This document shows, piece by piece, positions 36,565-47,436 of a stretch of 64,000 bases of DNA; position 1 is the stretch's first letter; every line of letters begins with the position of its first letter. The notes under the pieces are model-generated. The model made no database searches. It had not been told where the DNA came from and worked only from the letters and a program-made list of their open reading frames with translations. Source of the DNA: Phoronis australis (taxonomy: Eukaryota; Animalia; Phoronida). The stretch lies in the NCBI GenBank assembly GCA_002633005.1, contig NMRA01000050.1, positions 323,679-387,678 of the forward strand, given 5' to 3'. The position numbers and the translations under genes are program-made.

Positions 36565-37175
36565 TCTTTAGGGACCCATGTCTTGGTGAATCTGAAATAG
36601 ACGTACAAGTTTCAAGGCATATGGTGTGTGGTTACATCACAGAAACTGTTTTGTTGAAAAGGTTCCTAAAATAAAGTTCGATAAAGTTGTTTTTAAAGGT
36701 TAACAAATATCTGAAAGACTTCAAACTTTCCGGACTACAACGACGGAGGCTGTAAAGCTGATATTAGGATGGACTCAAGACCCAAGATTTTGACTGCACT
36801 TGATTGACTTCGCTGGTTCCGCCAGATCAACTACCTAAGACATCTAACTGGTTCTCGATGTCGATTTTCGTCTTACAGAGTAAACGCGTGGCTTTCCCGG
36901 CTGACCCGGCGTAACCGGCAAAGTCAATGAAGTGCAGCCATTGTTACTGTGTTCCTGTTTTAGCAGAAGCTTTCACATCTGGACGGCCTGGTGACCAAAT
37001 ATTAGAAAATCGTATCTTTTGTTACAGCTTATCTTGTAGGGTAGTAGATTTCTTTCACCGGAAATTGTATTGGACATTGGCTGCACTAGAAACATGATAT
37101 GCTTACGATGAATGGTCTCTTCTTACCGCCAGAGGCTGGTTTTTAAGGTATGCTGAGCCAGAGCGCAAAAACAAT

Positions 37176-37435
37176 TACTTCCTGAGTATGACTGCATACA
37201 GAATACAGTCTCTACTTCGTGAGTATGACTGCATACAGAATACAATCTCTACTTCGTGAGTATGACTGCATACAGAATACAGTCTCTACTTCGTGAGTAT
37301 GACTGCATACAGAATACAGTCTCTACTTCGTGAGTATGACTGCATACAGAATACAGTCTCTACTTCCTGAGTATGACTGCATACAGAATACAGTCTCTAC
37401 TTCCTGAGTATGACTGCATACAGAATACAGTCTCT
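37176..37435. repeat. 37-bp minisatellite (tacttcgtgagtatgactgcatacagaatacagtctc) x7
   Basis: Units start at 37176, 37213 and so on. Confidence 0.95.
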
Positions 37436-37560
37436 ATTAATGTTAGTGAAGTGTGTGATCTGGGATACGTTCCAAAACATAGATTGCACTTATTGCGGCG
37501 AGAATTCTGTGCTTTTGGAACTGAAACAGTGAAATATATTCCCAAATTTACGAAATTTTA

Positions 37561-37672
37561 ATCCGCCATTTGATATTGTGACTCCAGCCTCAATCACTTC
37601 TGTGGCCGCCATCTTGCCAAGACAGGACAGCTTCCGAGCACATAGCATACTCGCCTGTGACTCACGTGACTT
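37561..37672 (-). promoter_or_regulatory. Candidate promoter/5' region of the GT7 gene
   Basis: Two YY1-type motifs on the - strand (CAAGATGGCGGC at 37605-37616; CAAATGGCGGA at about 37562-37572) and an E-box TCACGTGA at about 37661, about 1 kb upstream of the first coding exon. Motif match only. Confidence 0.35.
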
Positions 37673-37745
37673 CAAGAGATATGGCGAAATCTTGTTTTTC
37701 CCGCGAGAGATTTTGTTTACGGAACGCTACCGCCACCGTTAAAAA

Positions 37746-38070
37746 GATTTTGGAAGACGAATGCTTTTCCCTGTCACTGCGATAGCGATTCTTCAACAAG
37801 AGATCGTGCTTTGGTCCAGAAAGCCCAAGAAACCTATGGTGGTGAAACTCACAGTCTCATGGGAAGAGAGGATGGACACACCATCCGAAAGAAAGAAGTT
37901 GAGTATGTTCAACTAGAATGAGCACTCCGGTGGGCGGAGCGAAGTTGCATCATGCTGGCTCGCGAACACTTCAAGTGGAAGCCATCCTCAGACGGGCAGG
38001 TGACTTGTCCAGTCACAGTTTACTCGCAACCAAGTGGCCGTGTCAAGTTTAAGAGTTAACGACTCCTGAG
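37746..38070 (+). mobile_element. HERO/R2-group non-LTR retrotransposon remnant (restriction-like endonuclease domain)
   Basis: DFGRRMLFP..LQQEIVLWSRKPKKPMVVKLTVSWEERMDTPSERKKL then a frameshifted YVQL; a degenerate form of RPDIVLWS..IELTVPWEE..ERKK.KY. Confidence 0.7.
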
Positions 38071-38798
38071 GATCGAATGCATATAGCATCATGTTGTTCA
38101 AAGGACATGCAGTTTCACAAAATGGCGTGTGCCGAATATTTTGATGAATTTGGCTCACCGTCACATTGTTTTTATGGTTATTCTGTGGACGGGACGAATC
38201 TCAATGGTGTAATATTTTTACGTTAATGAACCCATTCGTTCTCACATGTTTTGTCCTACTTGTCTAGCCGTCAATATGATCTTAATCAATTTATTTTCAT
38301 TATAGTGGAGCTGAGCAGCTGTCATATCAACGCCACACCTTCTGTTTCTTACCTTAGCTCATACGCAGTTTTACGAGATGGTGTTGGGTTTTGACTCACG
38401 AAATAAATGCATTCCATTTGATTCAACCACTAGCGAGCCAGTGACAGCCAAATTTTTTGTCCCATTATATCTTGTGTGCCACAAAATGTCTCACTCAGTT
38501 ATGTTTGTATTTACGTGACCAATTATAACAAAATGTAACATTAAAGTTTTTAAGAATTAGATTTTCGGTCATATGTACATGTAGCTGGCGAAAGCACATA
38601 AAAAGATGTTAATTGTCATGCGGCCCATACAACTAAGCTCGGAAAATAGTTCCAACACCAAAATTAACCCATCGAGCGCGCATGCTCGACCAACGCAATT
38701 TCTAGGTTTTAGTTGTAGTGCGCATGCTTGGCCGACGGATATTGCTATTTCTTTCGCAGAGCCCTGTTGTGACCAGAGGAAAATTGTTTGCCAATGAC

Positions 38799-41574
38799 AC
38801 AAGAGCAATGCGGAGCGTTGAAATGCGCCCACGAATGAATCGCAAATGGTGTGTTTTTGGTATTATTTGTTTGTATCATAAAAATGTCCACTAGATGGCG
38901 CGAAAACATACAATCCATCCAAAACGGTAAAATGCCATATTTCATAAAAATCTGTCAAGGAACTTCAGAGCAACAAAGGAAAACTATACAAAACAAAATT
39001 GCCACTTGTGGGCATAGCGTCCGTTCCATCCGCCTGAAAGTTGTCGCCTGTTATCTTCATATAAATTCACTTACTAAATTTAATAAAGATCCTGCAGTGG
39101 GTTTTGGAGATACAGCTATGAGCGCAAAACAAATCAAAACTACCACAAGGAGGCGTCACAGAAGTCAGCCGCCATCATCAAACGTCCTCTTCACACTGAA
39201 AACATATATGCCAATTTTCAAAACCATCCCTAGAATGATTTGGTTGATCGAGGGGTGGACACCAAAAACAAGATTTGAAAACAGGAAAAAATTGCCACCA
39301 GGTGGCGCAAAATACCTTGATTCCATCCAAAAACAGGATGATAGCGTCATCTCACCAATAGATGACCATATTCAAAATTTTATGAAACTCTGTTGAGGAC
39401 CTTTGAAGATACAGACTGGTAAGCGTAAAAAACTAAAATTGCAACTAGGGGGCACACCAGTAGTCAGATCCGTCCGAAAGTTGTCGTCGTCCATTGTCAA
39501 CATCATATAAACACACTTGCTAAATTAAGTAAAGACCCTGCAGACGGTTTAATTGATACAGCCATGAGCGGGAAAAAATGCCACTAGGAGGCGCAAACTA
39601 GGTCGAATCCATCTGAAAACGAATACTAATGTCGCCTCATTAACAGATGCCTGTATGCCAAATTTTATGAAAATACGTTGAGGACCTTTGATCATGCAGA
39701 GGTAAACGTAAAAAAATAAAATTGCCACTAGGTGGCACACCAGTAGTCAGATCCGTCTAATAGTCGTCGTCCTCCGTTGTTAACATATATAAATACACTT
39801 ACTAAATTTAGTAAAAATCTTGTGACCGGTTAAGGGGATACAGCCATAGGCTCAAAAAAGGTGCCACTAGGACGCGCCACAGTAGTCAAAGTCGTCGGAA
39901 AATCATCGTCAGCCGTCCACTTCATAGTAAGAACAGACATGCCAATTTTCCCAATCATCCTTTCAGCGGTTTGGTTGATAGAGGGGTGGACGCAAAAGAA
40001 AACAGATTCGAAAACAGTACAAGAGCAACGCGGAGCGTTGAAATGCGCCCACGATTGCATTGCAAATGGTGTGCGTTTAGGGTTATTTATTTGTATCATA
40101 AAAATGGCCACTAGATGGCGCAAAAACATACAATCCATCCAAAAACAGGAACATGCCATATTTCATAAAAACCTGTCAAGGAACTTCAGAGAAACATGAA
40201 ATTGCCACTAGTGGGCACAGTGTCCGTTGGATCCGCCTGAAAGTCGTCGTCGTCTGTTGTTATCTTCATATAATTACACTTACTAAATTTAGTAAAGATC
40301 CTGTAGTGGGTATAAGAGATACAACTATGGGCGCAAAACAAAACTACCACTAGGAGGCGCCACAGTAGTCAGTCACCGTCATCAATGGTCGTTTTCACAC
40401 TGAGAACATATATGCCAATTTTCAAATGATTTGGTTGATACAGTAGTGGACACAAAAACAAGATTTGAAAACAGCAAAAATGGCCACTAGGTGGTGCAAA
40501 ATACCTCGATTCCTTCCAAAAACAGGAAGATAGCGTCATTACACCAACAGATGCCTATATTAAAAATTTTACGAAAATCTGTTGAGGACCTTTGAAGATA
40601 CTAAGTTAAACGTAAAAAAATAAAATTGCCCTAGGGGGCACAGCAGTGATCAGATCTGTCCGAAAGTCGTCGTCACCCGTAGTCAACATCATATAAATAC
40701 ACTTGCTAAATTAAGTAAAGATCCTGCGAACGGTTTAGGAGATAGAGCCATAGGCGCAACAAAAACAAAACTGCCACTAGGAGGCGCCACAGTAGTCGAA
40801 ATCGTCGGAAAATCATCGTCAACCGTTCTCTTTATAGTAAGCACATACATGCTAATTTTCACAATCATCCTTTCAGCGGTTTGGTTGATAGAGGGGTGGA
40901 CGCAAAAAACAGACTCGAAAACAGAAAAAATGGCCACTAGGTGGCGCAAACTACGTCGAATCCATCTGAAAACGGGAGAATAGCGTCACCTCACTAATAG
41001 GTGCCTACATATTAAATTTCATGAAAAACCGTTAAGGACTTTTGAAGATACAAAGGTAAACGTAAAAAAATAAAATTGCCATTAGGGGGCACACCGGTAG
41101 TCGGATCCGTCCGAAAGTTCGCGCATGCCGTCCCATTTATGCATGGAACATATGTGCCAAATTTCGTGAACGTATGTCAAAGGGTTTTGGAGATAGAGCA
41201 GCGGACGCCGGACGAACGCCGCCCGGACGGACGGACGGACGGACGGACGGACGGACGGACGGAGATGACGGCATAATAGGCGTCCACATATAAATATGTG
41301 GGCGCATAAAAAATGGCCACTAGGTGGCAAAAATTTGACACTAGGGAGCACACCGGTAGTCGGATCCGTCAGAAAGTTCGCTCATGCCGTCACATCCAGG
41401 GAAGGAACACATGTGTAAAATTTCATGAACATACGTCAAGGCGTTTTGGAGATAGAGCAGCGGAAGCCGGACGGACGCCAGACGGACGCCGGACGGACAC
41501 CTGACGAACGCCGAACGGACGGGCGGAGATGACAGCATAATGCGTCCACATATAAATATGTGGGCGCATAAAAA
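38799..41574 (-). mobile_element. Nested Helentron-associated (DINE-1/HINE-like) elements
   Basis: Two 5' ends with palindrome ATGCGCCCACATATTTATATGTGGACGC (about 41307 and 41569) and (GTCC)n microsatellite (41224-41262). Two 3' ends GTGGGCGCAT-ttCAACGCtccGCGTTG-ctcttgt (40019-40052 and 38799-38832). Internal tandem subrepeats. Confidence 0.82.
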
Positions 41575-41819
41575 TGACGACGCATTAGCAAAACATTTAT
41601 TCGTTTTTTGTAATTTCAATTTCGAGATAGAAGTTTCAAGTTTCTCATCGAGAACGTTCGCTTACATTGGTTAGTGCTCTAAATTAGCCTAATCAGGGGT
41701 TATTCAAGGCAGATTTGGTGAAACAGTACTTCAGCAATTTAGATCAGTTTTTACCATTACAGTATAAACTTAGGGTGTCATTTTGGATTACACTAGGCAA
41801 AAATGTTTAGATTTCCTTG

Positions 41820-44800
41820 ATGTTTTTTAAGTGATATAGTTGAGAATACACAGAACATACAACGAAAAATGACAAACCCAGATATCGCGAAGCATTATAT
41901 CTGGGTTGTACACGAATCATAAATGAAACTAAATATAATACATAGAGGTATATACATTTAAGTAGTATCTAATATAATTCCAATATTTAGAAATGCTATT
42001 ACGAACACATAAAAACAAAAAAAACAAGTACAGATTCATGTATGGAAATCAGAAGCAACAATATTTATAAACGGTACATAAAAATTTGCTAACGTTGCTT
42101 AGGAGGAATTCATTGAAAATAAGGTCAAGGTTAGGACTACCATTCAATAATAATGTAACTTTAGTAAGAATATTATTACAAGAAATTAGAGCTTTAACAA
42201 TTGATTGGTTTTCATTGAGTGCACGAAAGAGTGAGTCTCTCAGGTATTCGATGAGGGGACAATTGAAGAAAACATGAGGATAAGGTTGATGGTCACCACA
42301 TTTACAGTTTGGAGAGACAAAAGTTGTGCCTAAACTTGTCGGAGTTGAGGAAAAGACCGCATCTTCATCTGTACAATGCTATTTCGTTATCGCGGGGAAG
42401 GGAGAATTGAGTCAAGGGTGTTGAGTTATCAAAATTATGAAAAACAGTTCTAAAATTATTTTTATACTCGTAAAAGAGTTGCTTTCCTTAACAGAGACTG
42501 GAAGAGAATTTCAGTTGATGCACATCATGACTGTAGACCTTCTGAATGCCTGACTGAATGACGGAGGAATTGCATATGGGGTGGAGGATCTCAAACCACT
42601 ACGATGATCATGTCTAATGTATAGATCAAATATTGTTTGACAGAGGCGTTGTTGACATTGTTTATTACTTTGAAATTAAATTTGGTCATGTGAAGATTGC
42701 GTCGAGTAGACAGTTTGGGCCACTTGAGACTATTCAAAACCTTAACACTATTGGATCCCCTGTAAGCTCCGGTTATGAGTAAGGCATCTTGATACTGTAA
42801 TTTCTACAAATGCTGGAGTGCACCAGTATTGGCAGACTGATATATAATATTACAATAATCGATGTGTGGAAGTATAAAGGATTTGAACAGAATTTCTAAA
42901 TGTGTAGAATTCAGATGACGAGAGACAAGCTTAAGCAAGTTAATTAGTTTCTGAGTTTTTTGTACGAGCTCAATTACGTGAGGTGTGAATGAGAGTTTTT
43001 CATCTAACAGTATACCGAGATGTCTGTGAGACTGTTTTCTAGGAATGATTTCATCATTAAGTTTAAGGTTATAAGACGGGTCAACAACAAAAAGAGCATT
43101 AATAGATTTTGGAGAAGATGAGGTCAACGCTTTTTCTGGTTTAAAATTCATTCTCTATTCTTGTGACCAATGGCTGAGTTAATTCAAGTCGTATTGAAGC
43201 TGCAAAGAACTTTCAGGGCTGCTCCCTGTGAAGGGGTAAAAAAGCGCCGTGTCATCTGCATAAAGGTATGTGTTAGATGACAGGTTATCAGGAAGGTCAC
43301 TAATATAAACCAAGAAGAGAAGAGAGACCAATACGTTATCCTGCGGTACACTTGTGTTTACAAATCCAGGAGGGAATAAAGTTGAAAGTACGCCGTCGAC
43401 ACGAACACTGTATGTACGATCGGAGAGATATGAGGTGATCGTGTTTAAAAGATTCCCAGTAATGCCATAGGATCGAAGTTTGTGAAGTAGAAGGTAGTGA
43501 GGGACACAGTCGAAGGCAGAAGCTATATCTAGAAAAATGGACCTGGCACTCTAGCCCTTCTCAAAACAACAACTTGTGCCACGGTCCTGTTCCCACAAAA
43601 AACCCAAATTGACGATGATAGATCAAGTTGTTTTGTTTGAGAAATGTAAGAATACTTTGAGCAATTATCTTCTCGAAGATTTTGGATAGGGTGTTAGGTA
43701 AAGTTATTGGGCGATAATTTGAAATTTCAGTTTTGGAGTCTTTTTTGTGTATAGGGACCATAATTCCATGTTTCCAAGAAGACGGATATATACCTAGCTG
43801 AAGAAGTTTGTTAAACAGATTGGTTAAGGGTATGGTAATTTCGTTGGCAATCATTTTGATCATCTTGCTGGTGATTAAAGCTGTGCCATCATTCTTATTG
43901 GGGTCAATTTCATTGAGATACTTCCGGACATCAGTTTGATTAGCCAGGATATCAGAGGTTTGATTGAGACAACGTTCACGAAGAAAGGGAAAGTTACATA
44001 CTTCAGTTGGTGTAATGTGGCTTTTGTTCATGAACATTTTGAGAAACAGGTCACACTTGTCACTACTACGTGAGGCTAGGTTACCATTGTGGTTGATGAC
44101 TGGATAAGAGGATTGTTGTTGACTGTCGCGTATTTTATTGATGATGTTCCAGTATTCTTTGGAGTTCTTGCTTGCACAGTTAATTTGTTGCAAAAGCTTG
44201 TGGCGGTGATCAGCTTTGGCTTGATTTACTAAAGCCTCTACCCAGGCGTGACTGCTCCTTGTATCTGTTGTATTGTGTTGTTAGATCTTCTGAAAGAGCT
44301 GTGAAGTCTGTTTCTTGTGCGGATTGCCTGTTTAATATTATTGTTGAACCATGGTTGGCTGTTGTGTTGAATTATCTTTTCAGTTGATGGGATGTTGTTT
44401 ATTTTTTTAAATTTCATAGAGAGTACTAGTGAAGAGTGAAACAGTGTCATCAATGTCGCCAGTGTTCTATATGGAATCCCAGTCAGTGGATGTGATATCC
44501 TGACGTAATTTATCGGTGTCGACTTGATCATGTTTTCAAATGGTTCGTGTGGTGTGTTATTCTTTAACCGTTTTTTTTTTAGGTGTTAAGAGTGGTTTCG
44601 ATTGATCAGAATTGCCAACAGGAGGTAGTACAGAACACGAGTCAATGATACTCAAATTGTTTGTTATGCAGAGATCAATACATGAATGAGAAACGTCGGT
44701 GATGCGGATTGGCTCATTAATTAGCTGTATGCAGTCATTAGACAATAAGATATCAAACAATTGTAGTCCGGCCGTATTGTCATAATCATCAATATATCAT

Positions 44801-45060
44801 GTAGAGTTTCGGGCATTAAAATCACCATTTATGATTATACTAACGCTATTGCGGTTAAGTTCCGCTAACTGATCCGCTAGGGCTTTGAAGTAGTTTTCTT
44901 TCAGATGCTGACTGAGAAGGTGATCGATAAAACAACCAATTGTAAATTTTTCTGTGACCGAAATGAATTTCGATCCAGCAAATGCATAACTGAGGACAAG
45001 TTAAGGTAGGACATAATTTAAATGTGAGTGTGCTTTTAGTGAATAAGATTTCCTTGATGT
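41820..45060 (-). mobile_element. CR1/L2-clade LINE, degraded ORF2 (APE endonuclease + RT) and 3'UTR
   Basis: GDFNAR, CIDLCITN, PWFN, YRPITLPNTLSKIFEK, QFGF, FLDIASAFD, VPQ, YADD, HLGILLD, PHIDYC. Many stops and frameshifts. 3'UTR stem-loop AACCCAGATAT/ATATCTGGGTT at 41875-41907. Confidence 0.92.
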
Positions 45061-46339
45061 AAGTATGGGTTTGACCTGCATGGCATGTATAATGGCGTGA
45101 TTTTAAAGTAACTAGACAGGATAGCGTTATTTTCGTAGACAGTTTTTCCAGATGAGATATATTATAAATATGGGTAATATTTTAAGTAATCTTTCAATTG
45201 GTATACGAATGGGTCATAATTATCTATGGTTTGGTGCAACCGGGCTTGATCGTAGACTATGAATTTTGATGTTTTCTTTAGACAACGAACTGACAGTAAC
45301 GAGTAAGCGCTTTGCTGTTTGGGGGGGCATATGACTTACATGCGCCCGATCACCTCGTTTCGTGTCAGCTGATCCGTTTCAACTTCTGTAGTGTAAACAG
45401 AGCCTTTTTAGTGTAGGTCATCTCCAATAAACTTTGACACGTTTTTTGAGTCGATGGTTTCGATGTTTTTATTGGTAGACGTAACTGAAATATATTCCTC
45501 TCAGTGTTATCTGAGTAGAGTCTTCAGTTGTAGACGCAAGAAACACGCTAGTGAAGCCATTGTGATCACGTGTTTCACGTGCTGTACTTGGCGATATCTC
45601 GTTAAGTCTTGCGAGTACTTACATTTTCGCGAAGTTCTCGCCTCTTCAGTGTCCCTGGCGGGTATTATAGCTGTGCGTCTCAGCATTGAGGAGTAAAACA
45701 CACTTATAGCACGGGTGAGAAACAACATGACCGCCAGTCCTCCAAATCTGGCTGACTCACCACAAAACAAGACCTACGGGGATCAAATGGGACTGCCGCA
45801 CCAGAAAATGGGACCAACGCACCTAAAAACATGACCGCCCACCAAAAAAACAGGACAGCAGAAGACTAAACATGACCGCCGGAGATTGAAACCGCAATGA
45901 CAAACAGGCTAAGTTTTATTTCCGGTCCTGTAGGCCTACACAGATCATACAATGGGGCCATATATGTGCATGCCTTATGCCGATTAATCCATCAAAATCT
46001 TTAGTGCGGTACAGTGCATTTCGCTTTGTAAAACGCGGCGCTTTTGAGTTTTACTTGGCGAGGCTCTGCTGCAGTATGTGACTTGTAAACATTTGAAAGA
46101 AGATCAACACTTAAATTAATAAATCTAACCACAAACCAACCACGTCGCTTTTGAGCTAAATAATTATAATTTTACCCGCTGCGTAAGTTTTAGAACAAAA
46201 TGAAATTCATTTTCTGCAATTTTACGTTTAAGTCAAGTAAAAAACGGGCGTTCTGGCTCTCGGGTGAAGCATCATCATAACTAGCCTTTCTGCGGCAAAG
46301 CTGTATACAGCGAGTAGAATCTTCACAGAATTATTGTTA

Positions 46340-46690
46340 TTAACTACACTCTTCCTAGAGTAACTACATCATTACCGGCGCTCGGAAAAAATTGTCGTTC
46401 TGCCGTTATTCTGCCGCTAAAATTGTGATGCGTTCCTTTAGGTCGGCTTTCATTGGCCAGTTTCTTTTTACCCGATTCTTCAATCAGCTGTTCTTCTCTT
46501 CTACGAGGTTGCGTACATGGCACAACAAATTAGTCGAAACTGTTTTCATTTCGTTATTAGTTTTTAGTATTTTAATACCAGCAAACCAAATTTCAGAACA
46601 AATCATGCTGCGGCGAAATTGTCATCATCTTACGAAAGATGTCACAAAATTTTAGGAAATGGCGTGTGCACGTGTCACGAGTGCGACAGA
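46340..46690 (+). repeat. Diverged copy of the internal region of the Helitron at 3197-4143
   Basis: ctcttcct.gagtaa..ttattctgc.gctaaaattg..tttaggt and aatttcagaacaaa..ttttaggaaatggcg..gtgtcacgagt are shared with about 3510-3776. Confidence 0.65.
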
Positions 46691-46758
46691 CTTCTGTGTT
46701 ATAATAGGCAAAGAATTATGCAAGGAAATGACGTTCATTAGATTGTTGTTCACTCAAG

Positions 46759-47436
46759 CAGGGCCGTAGGAAGCGGGAGGCCGGGGGGGGGGGGGGGGGG
46801 GCNGCCCCCCCCAAAAAAATTTCAGGCGTCTGGGTTAAACCGTGACAACCGACATAGGCATGGTGCCGGGGACAGTCGAGAAAAGAAAGACTGCGAAAAA
46901 CGGATAAAAGAGAAAATTTAAGAGGACATTTAACAAATCTGCATCGGTGCATGGTTTTCCTTTTGAGGACTCTGGCCAGGACACTGTCGTTAGGGTCTTC
47001 GCTTTTGCAGCACAGGTCGTCTATATTTCGAGAAAATTAGTAAAGCGAAGCTTTTGCGGAGCGTACTAATTTACTGGATGTTTAAATTCAATAAGTCAAT
47101 TTTACGAGTGCAAAACTATTCCAGAGGCCCCTCTCTGGCAAAGGATAACAGAGACAACTTTCGCTTTATTTTTTTCTCGAAACTTGAGAAAAATTGATGA
47201 CCTGACAGAAAACATCAATTGTTACGCACTTCCTGATATTTGAAAATACATGTATTTTAATATTTAGGAGCCCCGTCCTTGAAGGAGGCCATTGATGACT
47301 TTCAAGTGGCCACTTTTTTGTGTATTTATTGACAAATTCTTACGACGCCGCTCACGGAGGGAGGGCCCAATGTTGGAATCGGTTACCTCTATTTCCCTGC
47401 TTTTTTGTGAAATCGTGCTTTCATGTTGAAGGAGGT
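46759..47436 (+). mobile_element. Non-autonomous DNA transposon fragment (CAGGGCCGTAGGAAGCGGGG end), copy 1
   Basis: About 680 bp homologous to 50686-51386. hAT-like CAGGG terminus; the opposite end was not found. Confidence 0.7.

Noticed and set aside
38851-41619. ORFs of 60-180 aa in the repeat cluster
   Set aside because: Chance frames within non-coding HINE subrepeats; no Rep/helicase motifs.
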